Shown: positions 57,604 to 64,000 of the stretch, one piece after another
Layout of the letters: every line of letters begins with the position of its first letter
How positions within the stretch are numbered: the stretch's first letter is position 1
IMG/VR virus record: IMGVR_UViG_3300045988_183322
DNA: 64,000 nt
Source: a virus
Direction: 5' to 3' (one strand)
Notes under the pieces: generated by a model
What the model was told of the DNA's origin: nothing
What the model saw: only the letters and a program-made list of their open reading frames with translations
Databases searched by the model: none
Position numbers and translations under genes: made by a program

Positions 57604-58179
57604 ATGGAAAATACAACAAAAAAACGCACACGCAATTTTTACGGGTTGGAAACATACTTGGATTTTCCGCGCATGAATTGGATAGGCAACCCTGATTTGC
57701 AAACTTTTGCAAAAAAGAATGAATTGGTTGACTTTTTGAATGCAACCTCCGGCGAAAAAATTAAAAGAATCAAAGTAAACGGAAGCCGGGCATTAACTTA
57801 CGGGAAGCGCACCAATTGGAGACCGAAAAACGTTTTTGGGGAAATGGTAAGATTAGATGCAAATATCCAATACCAAATTCAAGAACTTCGAAAAGCGGGA
57901 AGGGTGAAAATTGGTGTAAAACCCTTTCTTTCTTGGAAATGTGGCAAAATTCATCTTCCCCCGCTTTCTTATCCGCTTAATATCAAAGACATTATGAAAA
58001 TAATCGCGATTTATTCCCGAACTTTATTTGACGAAAAACCGAAAGTGCTTCCGCCGATAAAATTTGAATGCCGGATAATTGGCGCGTTTAATTTAAGAGA
58101 TTTTACAAACGGCAATGACTGTCAAACCGTTTTTTACTCTACCGATTTTTCACCTTCTCTTTTTTTAATGGATAAATAA
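57604..58179 (+). CDS. hypothetical early protein
   Basis: ORF only. Confidence 0.35.
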   Translation: MENTTKKRTRNFYGLETYLDFPRMNWIGNPDLQTFAKKNELVDFLNATSGEKIKRIKVNGSRALTYGKRTNWRPKNVFGEMVRLDANIQYQIQELRKAGRVKIGVKPFLSWKCGKIHLPPLSYPLNIKDIMKIIAIYSRTLFDEKPKVLPPIKFECRIIGAFNLRDFTNGNDCQTVFYSTDFSPSLFLMDK

Positions 58180-58196
58180 TTTTTTTGAAAAATTAT

Positions 58197-58224
58197 TTGA
58201 CAATACAATTAAATTTGTTAATAT
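58197..58224 (+). promoter_or_regulatory. consensus sigma70 promoter P5
   Basis: gaaaaattatTTGACAatacaattaaatttgtTAATATaaaagcaccgaaagga; leader identical to P1. Confidence 0.6.
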
Positions 58225-58256
58225 AAAAGCACCGAAAGGAAAACCACACAAAAAAA

Positions 58257-58934
58257 ATGAATACAAAATTGACAGAACGGGAAAAATTGGACGAAGTTTT
58301 AGACCTTATCCGCGCCGCATATGGGAAAAATTATGAAGAGTACAAAGTAATAGGAAGAAAATTGATTGTTCCTGATAATAGCAAAACTTATTCAAGAGTT
58401 TTCGATATTCCTTCCGTTTTGGCGGGCATGACTAGGAGCCGGAAGGGCCGTTCAACGTTTGGCTTTTTTATTCCGCGCGGCCGCATTTCATACCTACCAT
58501 ATAATGAGCTTTGCCTTTCTCTTTTGGAAGAATATAACACGGAAAAAATTAGAAAAAATTATGCCGCCGAAAAGAAAAAGGAAGATTTGAAAAATAAGGA
58601 ATTTGGCGTTTACAAACCCGGGGGAATTTATTATACTTCATACGGTTATGACGAAACACACTACTGTTTTTATATTTGCAATAAAATTGTAGGGCAAACT
58701 ATTTATTTGCAAAAGTTGGGGAAAATCGTTCAAGATTTACCGGGTTGTAGGGGGCAATATCAGAATTCAAGGCCTGATATTAATTCTAAAATTGGAGAAG
58801 AGTTTACAAGAAGAATTGTTTTTGTTAACAATTATTATAAACAAAATTGGCAGGTTATGGTAGACCGCGATATACTTTCCCCGGTCAACCCCGAAGAATG
58901 GCATTGTGAGACTGGCCCCTATGGGGGGCGTTAA
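58257..58934 (+). CDS. hypothetical early protein
   Basis: ORF downstream of P5. Confidence 0.35.
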   Translation: MNTKLTEREKLDEVLDLIRAAYGKNYEEYKVIGRKLIVPDNSKTYSRVFDIPSVLAGMTRSRKGRSTFGFFIPRGRISYLPYNELCLSLLEEYNTEKIRKNYAAEKKKEDLKNKEFGVYKPGGIYYTSYGYDETHYCFYICNKIVGQTIYLQKLGKIVQDLPGCRGQYQNSRPDINSKIGEEFTRRIVFVNNYYKQNWQVMVDRDILSPVNPEEWHCETGPYGGR

Positions 58935-58957
58935 AATCTAACAAAAAAATAGAAATA

Positions 58958-59167
58958 ATGGACGTCCCAAAAATGGAAAATTTGCGAGAAATTAAAGAAA
59001 ACATGGAGGGCGATTGGATTGTTTGCAATTGGTGCGAGTGGAAAGGCCTTGTGCCTTATTATGCGGAACGTTGCCCCAATTGCGGAAAGTTAGGCTCGCT
59101 TATGTTTATTGATGACGACGAAAAAACCAAAGCCGGAACTGTTTACATTCCAAAAAGAAATTGTTAG
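58958..59167 (+). CDS. small zinc-ribbon early protein
   Basis: CNWCEWKG...CPNCGKLG. Confidence 0.35.
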   Translation: MDVPKMENLREIKENMEGDWIVCNWCEWKGLVPYYAERCPNCGKLGSLMFIDDDEKTKAGTVYIPKRNC

Positions 59168-59469
59168 CCATGACTCACTTATTCAAAAAAATAGAACCGC
59201 TAACGTTCTACGGCTATGATTCAAACGGAAAGAAAACCGTGGTTTTCAAACCGCTGGAAAATGGGGCGTTGCAAATAGGCGATACTATTAAAAGTATAGA
59301 GCAGTGGGACGACTATTTCAAGAAAAATTTAAGTCATGAAGATTTAAATTGTAGAACGTTGGTTTTAGAAAATGTTTGTTTATATGAGGCGATACGCGCT
59401 TATATGACCGCAAGCGGAATTTTAAAAAATGGAGGCGCAAGGGAATTTTTACGTATATCTAACTTTTAG
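59161..59469 (+). CDS. hypothetical early protein
   Basis: ORF only. Confidence 0.3.
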   Translation: MLAMTHLFKKIEPLTFYGYDSNGKKTVVFKPLENGALQIGDTIKSIEQWDDYFKKNLSHEDLNCRTLVLENVCLYEAIRAYMTASGILKNGGAREFLRISNF

Positions 59470-59683
59470 AAAAAAAAATAAACCCGGCTTTACGGCAATC
59501 GTTAAATTTAAATCGAAAGAAAAAGCGGAAGAAATAAGAAAAAAATGGGACGGCTATATACTTTCAGGAAGTATGGTGAAGTTAAATATTTCTAACTTTT
59601 CATGCATTTATGAAGACGATTGCCGCGCATGGTTAGAATCAATTTTTGGCGAAGACTCTAAAACATACGTAAAAATTGAATAA
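59429..59683 (+). CDS. hypothetical early protein
   Basis: ORF overlapping previous by 41 nt. Confidence 0.25.
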   Translation: MEAQGNFYVYLTFRKKNKPGFTAIVKFKSKEKAEEIRKKWDGYILSGSMVKLNISNFSCIYEDDCRAWLESIFGEDSKTYVKIE

Positions 59684-59720
59684 TATTGTCCGATTTCCGA
59701 TTATTTTTTTAAAAAAATAG

Positions 59721-59748
59721 TTGACAATTTGAGCCGAAATGATAATAT
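59721..59748 (+). promoter_or_regulatory. consensus sigma70 promoter P6
   Basis: aaaaaaatagTTGACAatttgagccgaaatgaTAATATgaacacatcttaagggg. Confidence 0.6.
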
Positions 59749-59800
59749 GAACACATCTTAAGGGGAAAACCCTAAGCAAAAAACGAAAAGAAAGGAAAAT

Positions 59801-60058
59801 ATGAAAGCTAAGTATTTATGGTCTATATCCACCTTTTGCAATGACTGCGTAAAAGGGGAAGCGGATTCAGTTGACAACGCAATCAAAGAGATAGCGAAAA
59901 CCCCGCTTTTTCCCGGGGATTGGATTCAAACGGTCATCATCTCAAAAAACGGAGACAGCGAGCATCCAATTATGGCTTGTCGCGGAAATTACAACGAAAA
60001 ATTTTGCCAACATGGGGCCTATAACGTCCCTGAATTAAATATTTTAATGAATCGATAA
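59801..60058 (+). CDS. hypothetical early protein
   Basis: ORF with aaagaaaggaaaat RBS after P6. Confidence 0.4.
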   Translation: MKAKYLWSISTFCNDCVKGEADSVDNAIKEIAKTPLFPGDWIQTVIISKNGDSEHPIMACRGNYNEKFCQHGAYNVPELNILMNR

Positions 60059-60059
60059 T

Positions 60060-60332
60060 ATGAAAATAGTTGAAGCTTTAGAAGTTTTGAATAAAGACAA
60101 GGAAGAGCGTAAATTAATTTATGGAATGAAAATTGAAAAAGTATTTAATGAAGTACGCTTAGATATTTTAATAGATAAAGCAGCGGCCGCGAGCTACAGA
60201 GCATATCTTATCATGATGCTTGGCGTTAGACCTTGTAAATCTGAAAAAATCGGGTGGAATTTGCCGCTTGAATTTGTAGAAGAAAAATATTCTGATGCGG
60301 TAGAATTAACCTTTAAATTTAAAGAAAGCTAA
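60060..60332 (+). CDS. hypothetical early protein
   Basis: ORF only. Confidence 0.3.
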   Translation: MKIVEALEVLNKDKEERKLIYGMKIEKVFNEVRLDILIDKAAAASYRAYLIMMLGVRPCKSEKIGWNLPLEFVEEKYSDAVELTFKFKES

Positions 60333-60339
60333 CAAAAAA

Positions 60340-60630
60340 ATGCAAGTAGAAAATAATCAAAAATGGGCCTTTTTTTGCCATATAAAGTGCATGACAGAAA
60401 AACGGCTTGCCTATAAAATGTGCAAACGGGTTTTGTTTATTTTGACAGGAAAACAAATAAATAAATTACCGGAAAACCATATTGTGCGCCGCATGTTGGA
60501 AGATTTGCAATATAGCGCGGATTCACTTTTACGTTGCTCTAATCCCGAAGCCGCTATTAAACTTTACCAAAAAGTAATCAATTCATCTTGCGAAAATGTC
60601 AAAGAGAAAATTAATGAATTAATTATTTGA
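60340..60630 (+). CDS. hypothetical early protein
   Basis: ORF only. Confidence 0.3.
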   Translation: MQVENNQKWAFFCHIKCMTEKRLAYKMCKRVLFILTGKQINKLPENHIVRRMLEDLQYSADSLLRCSNPEAAIKLYQKVINSSCENVKEKINELII

Positions 60631-60638
60631 TATTTTTG

Positions 60639-60666
60639 TTGACAATATAACGCGATTTGTTAATAT
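60639..60666 (+). promoter_or_regulatory. consensus sigma70 promoter P7
   Basis: tatttttgTTGACAatataacgcgatttgtTAATATatgttcacgcc. Confidence 0.6.
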
Positions 60667-60706
60667 ATGTTCACGCCTGAAAGCAAGGCAAAACAGAAAA
60701 AAGAAT

Positions 60707-60937
60707 ATGAATAGCACAAATAAACATGAATTAGCCGTTGAACTTATTGGAACCACGTTTCAGGATATCATAGGCGCGCCGCTTAGCGATTTTCCTGATA
60801 CGCCGCTAACGCTGGAAATTTTTGATAAAATGGAGGAATACATTGATAAGTTTAAAAATGATACGGAAAAATTAAAAATTGTCGCGGGCGTTTTGGTACG
60901 CCATTACATGGAAGATATTTTAGCGGGCAATTGGTAA
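60707..60937 (+). CDS. hypothetical early protein
   Basis: ORF downstream of P7. Confidence 0.3.
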   Translation: MNSTNKHELAVELIGTTFQDIIGAPLSDFPDTPLTLEIFDKMEEYIDKFKNDTEKLKIVAGVLVRHYMEDILAGNW

Positions 60938-60970
60938 AATAAAAAAAATAAACAAATAGAAAAAAATAAA

Positions 60971-61420
60971 ATGAGCACAAGAAGTAATATTATCGCAAAA
61001 ACAAAGGAAGGCTACAAGGTTATTTATTGTCATAGTGACGGCTACCCGGAATGGGTAGGAGCCACTCTAAAAAAACATTATACAAAACCGGAAGCGGTGG
61101 AATGGCTTTTTGAAAAAGGGGACGCTTCATCATTGGGCCTTCCCTTTCGGGAAAGAAAATGGGAAGATGATTATGACGAAGAAAGATGCCTTTTTTATCG
61201 TTCCCGCGGAGAAACGGGAATTGATTCTCAATTAGTTACAAAAGAATACTTTGAAAGTTTGGGGGAATCATGGATAGAATACCTTTATTTTTTTGACGGC
61301 TTTGACTGGTACGGAGTCACCAATATTCCACGGAAATATGCGGGCAAAAAGGGAGAATATGAAGATGCTGGATTGAAAACCATTGAAGTTGATAAACTTG
61401 CAAGCGTCATCCTAGGATGA
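60971..61420 (+). CDS. hypothetical acidic early protein
   Basis: ORF; acidic patches WEDDYDEERC, EYEDAG. Confidence 0.35.
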   Translation: MSTRSNIIAKTKEGYKVIYCHSDGYPEWVGATLKKHYTKPEAVEWLFEKGDASSLGLPFRERKWEDDYDEERCLFYRSRGETGIDSQLVTKEYFESLGESWIEYLYFFDGFDWYGVTNIPRKYAGKKGEYEDAGLKTIEVDKLASVILG

Positions 61421-61436
61421 TTTGCGCCTCAATTAT

Positions 61437-61461
61437 GGCCGCCCTTAGGGGCGGCCTTTTG
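61437..61461 (+). terminator. intrinsic terminator (ggccgccc-ttag-gggcggcc-tttt)
   Basis: 8-bp GC stem plus T-tract directly after the 60971-61420 stop. Confidence 0.65.
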
Positions 61462-61496
61462 CTTGCATTTGTAAAAATAAATGATAAAATAAATAT

Positions 61497-61805
61497 ATGG
61501 ACGAAAACAAACATAAAAGCCTCTGCTGGTTCATTGTTTTGCTGGAAAAATGGCCCGCAAATAAAGATTATCATTCCGTGAAATATAGGCTTCGCAAATT
61601 TTTTGAAAGGTATAATTTTTTGAAAATGGCAAGCAATATATACGCAACTCAAATTTTTGAAGAAAAGTTTGAAGAATGGCGTTCTAAAATTCAGTACCGC
61701 CTTCCTAAGGACGGAACCGCAAACGGCATTTTCGTTACTTGCGAACAGTGGGAAAATATGAAAGTTTACCCGGCGTTAGATAAATTCAAGAAAAAATCTC
61801 AATAA
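61497..61805 (+). CDS. hypothetical early protein
   Basis: ORF only. Confidence 0.3.
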   Translation: MDENKHKSLCWFIVLLEKWPANKDYHSVKYRLRKFFERYNFLKMASNIYATQIFEEKFEEWRSKIQYRLPKDGTANGIFVTCEQWENMKVYPALDKFKKKSQ

Positions 61806-61856
61806 ACCCGTTCAAATATTCTCAATTAGAAGAGACCTGCCATTTAATCATTCAAC

Positions 61857-61881
61857 GCCCCTTAATTGGGGCATTTTTTTT
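61857..61881 (+). terminator. intrinsic terminator (gcccc-ttaatt-ggggc-attttttttg)
   Basis: Hairpin plus 8-T run after the 61497-61805 stop. Confidence 0.65.
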
Positions 61882-61938
61882 GCACCTATGAAGAAAAACG
61901 GTTGATTATTCAATGAAAAATGCTAATATAATCTCGCT

Positions 61939-62187
61939 ATGAAAGAATACACCCAATATGAACACATTATAGAAAACGTAGAAAAATTTATCCATGATTA
62001 TGGAATGATTTTAAACGGAAATCCTAGGGTTGAAATGCAAGAGAAATACATGGCGCGCGGCTCTTACGAAGCCTTCTATTTTCGCATCCTTTCCGAAAAA
62101 TCAAAACCCTACAGGCGCGGCATATTTTTTGAAGTGGCAAGACACGAAAACGGGCTTTATTCTCTTCATATTTCATTTGATTGGTAG
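61939..62187 (+). CDS. hypothetical early protein
   Basis: ORF followed by hairpin aggggcgg-cttc-cgcccct (62195-62213). Confidence 0.3.
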   Translation: MKEYTQYEHIIENVEKFIHDYGMILNGNPRVEMQEKYMARGSYEAFYFRILSEKSKPYRRGIFFEVARHENGLYSLHISFDW

Positions 62188-62358
62188 TTTTCAAAGGGGC
62201 GGCTTCCGCCCCTAACTCTCGACCTATTGTTAGTCCAAACTAACTTAGCCGCGACTAATTAGTCTTCTCTAAGTTAGGCCATTCTAACTTATTTGCCCGC
62301 CCGCTGTGCATGCGGAGGCATCGGAATGGAATCAAAAGCGCATATTACGCATTTCTCA

Positions 62359-62472
62359 AAAAATACGGGGGACTTTTCAACATCTTGCATATTAAGGGTT
62401 TTGCGAAAATTACGGGGGATTTCCCCGGAAACACTATATTAAGCGATATTGAAAATTTCCGGGGGGATTTCA
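62359..62472. repeat. three direct repeats gaaaat(t)acggggga(t/c)tt at about 46-bp spacing plus nearby CTAACTTAG-type short repeats and a 9-bp inverted repeat cccctagcc/ggctagggg
   Basis: 62359 aaaaatacgggggactttt; 62405 gaaaattacgggggatttcc; 62451 gaaaatttccggggggatttc; 62484-62517 IR. Confidence 0.55.
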
Positions 62473-62914
62473 GGCAAAGAAAACCCCTAGCCCTTAAAAT
62501 TATCTAAAGGCTAGGGGCGAACGTGAATATGAATACAATAATTGAACTAATTAACAAACGGATGCTTCACAGCATTCTACCTTTCTTCCCATCAGAACAC
62601 AGGAGGAAAATTGGAGTCGCTAAGTTTTTTATTCTTTTTCCCCACGAAATCGAACAAGCGCACTTAGCTTTTGCTAGCCTAAACCAACTCAATTCTCAAA
62701 AAACAATTCTTAAAGAATAATCTTTTTTCGAATAGCGCCATTAATCTTCCTTAATGAAGGCTCTGATAGCTATATCCCATAGGATTCACCCAAACTTCTA
62801 CTATTTTTTATTGGTTTTATATTATTTATGATTGATTCCCTTACTCACTTAAGTAATTTCCTCAATCGCTGGGCTTAATATACTATAATAATAGATTTTT
62901 GTCAAGAGAAAACT

Positions 62915-63262
62915 TTAATTAAGAGAATCATTTTCGATTTTCCATTCGGAAAGTTTTTGGGCAAAAATATCGCCCAATACAAACCCTTCGCAACTGGCAA
63001 ATTCATCAATCGCAATATCGCCCGTTTTGAACTCTCTCTTTAATCCATTTGCGCAAATTTCGCCATCAGAAGCCGCAGAAATAAACTTTCCACGCATTTC
63101 TGTATGTAGGGCTGGAAACTCAGTGACGTTAGGATTATTGACAGAGACAGAAGCTATCTTTTCGCCACAAGAATAATAAGTCATTTTATCTGAATCTATA
63201 AGAACGCCATTATTGATTTTCAAATCTTTTCCTAATGTTCCTATAAATCTAATACAACTCAT
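62915..63262 (-). CDS. hypothetical protein
   Basis: ORF only. Confidence 0.3.
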   Translation of the reverse strand: MSCIRFIGTLGKDLKINNGVLIDSDKMTYYSCGEKIASVSVNNPNVTEFPALHTEMRGKFISAASDGEICANGLKREFKTGDIAIDEFASCEGFVLGDIFAQKLSEWKIENDSLN

Positions 63263-63264
63263 AA

Positions 63265-63504
63265 TTAAAATCCAAAAATAGTTTTGAGACCAGAAGTGAA
63301 AACGATTTGAAGAGCAACAATAAAATTAGCAAACATTAAAAGGAAAGGGATAAACAAAATGAATTGCAAAGAAGGAGAATCTTTCCACTTGAAAATATTT
63401 TTCAAAAAAAGAATAGCGATAAAAACACATCCAATCCAAACCGCCTGAGAAAATAGATAACCGTAAATTATTTGAAGTTCTCCCGCTGTAATATTAAAAA
63501 TCAT
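63265..63504 (-). CDS. small membrane protein (2-3 TM; holin-like size)
   Basis: 79 aa with hydrophobic segments; no other support. Confidence 0.3.
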   Translation of the reverse strand: MIFNITAGELQIIYGYLFSQAVWIGCVFIAILFLKNIFKWKDSPSLQFILFIPFLLMFANFIVALQIVFTSGLKTIFGF

Positions 63505-63533
63505 TATGTATATTATATATTATATATTATATA
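63505..63533. repeat. 7-bp tandem repeat (TATATTA) about 3.5 copies
   Basis: tatattatatattatatattatatatg. Confidence 0.6.
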
Positions 63534-63637
63534 TGTCAAGCTCAGAATTAGACAATTGGATTTTTTGGTGGTCAATTTAATCAAAAACTTCATTTGCTCA
63601 AAAATTGAAAAAACAAAATGATTAATTCGTTCGGGTC

Positions 63638-63772
63638 CATTTTCAAAAATGGGGAGGTCTTATTCATTTATACTGATTTTGAAAAATGGGTGGGTCTATT
63701 TTCGTTTTGTTCAAATTAGAAAATGGGGGAGTACATTTAGGATTATTTGATTTTTCAAAAATGAGGGGATTG
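63638..63772. repeat. four iteron-like direct repeats (consensus aTTTTcAAAAATGGGGaGGTc) at about 37-bp periodicity
   Basis: 63638 ccattttcaaaaatggggaggtc; 63675 gattttgaaaaatgggtgggtc; 63714 aattagaaaatgggggagtac; 63748 gatttttcaaaaatgaggggattgg. Related copies at 53281-53305 and 54175-54198. Confidence 0.6.
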
Positions 63773-64000
63773 GTTCAAACCATACAATATATTGTGGTTT
63801 TTATATATTTGGGCAATAAGAAACCCCCTGTTTCCCAACAGGAGGCTCTTATTTATTCTTATGAATAAAATAAATTAATATAATAGTTTATTATTCCCTG
63901 CACTCACAAGGAACGCCATTATTATATTTAATTCATACCATTTGTCAAGAAATATTATTCTGAAAAGTTTTTTGCCAGAAAATAAATACGTTCATCATAA

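Noticed and set aside
62310-62507. 65-aa ORF in repeat cluster
   Set aside because: Lies entirely within direct and inverted repeats with no RBS; more likely non-coding ori/pac-like DNA.
63638-63772. Possible CRISPR array
   Set aside because: Repeats are only about 21 bp, imperfect, 37-bp period with no unique spacers of CRISPR size, and no cas genes; iteron-like instead.

Overview
This 64-kb window is about 30% GC and reads as a tailed-phage (siphovirus-like) genome or prophage of an AT-rich Gram-negative host that uses canonical sigma70 promoters. No integrase, tRNA or CRISPR array was seen. Layout: (1) 1-2.7 kb replication and nucleotide genes: dUTPase 3' part, dNMP-kinase-like P-loop protein, sigma-factor-like protein, SSB. 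(2) 2.7-7.6 kb accessory cassette at about 40% GC, bracketed by a perfect 26-bp inverted repeat and carrying a KilA-N protein, an IS1595-family transposase, a secreted protein, a small Lom/Ail-like outer-membrane beta-barrel and an HTH+RHH regulator. (3) 8.4-26.3 kb tail module: receptor-binding protein with BspA-type LRRs, a 2561-aa tape measure protein, a tail-collar-domain fibre protein and a major tail protein. (4) 26.5-39.8 kb head and packaging module: capsid, protease/scaffold, portal, a large terminase interrupted by a 450-aa LAGLIDADG intein in its P-loop, and a zinc-finger/ERCC4-type nuclease. (5) 39.8-54 kb accessory block: a CMP-sugar cytidylyltransferase, a sulfotransferase with a full PAPS-synthesis set (CysD, truncated CysN G-domain, CysC), a GC-rich island encoding an NrdD glycyl-radical-domain-like fragment, two orphan N6-adenine methyltransferases (Dam-like and MT-A70), a GT11 alpha-1,2-fucosyltransferase with an (AAAG)7 repeat in its 5' coding region (candidate phase variation), and a second HTH+RHH regulator followed by a sub-threshold standalone RHH ORF. 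(6) 54.3-62.2 kb early region: about 18 small ORFs driven by seven near-identical consensus promoters (TTGACA-N16-TGnTAATAT), with GC-rich hairpin leaders and terminators. (7) 62.2-63.8 kb repeat and iteron clusters built on a GAAAAAT-GGGGG motif. Most interesting leads: the phage-borne sulfation and glycan-decoration toolkit, the slippage-prone fucosyltransferase, the multi-copy HTH+RHH regulator family with GC-rich fragments, and the IR-bounded moron cassette.
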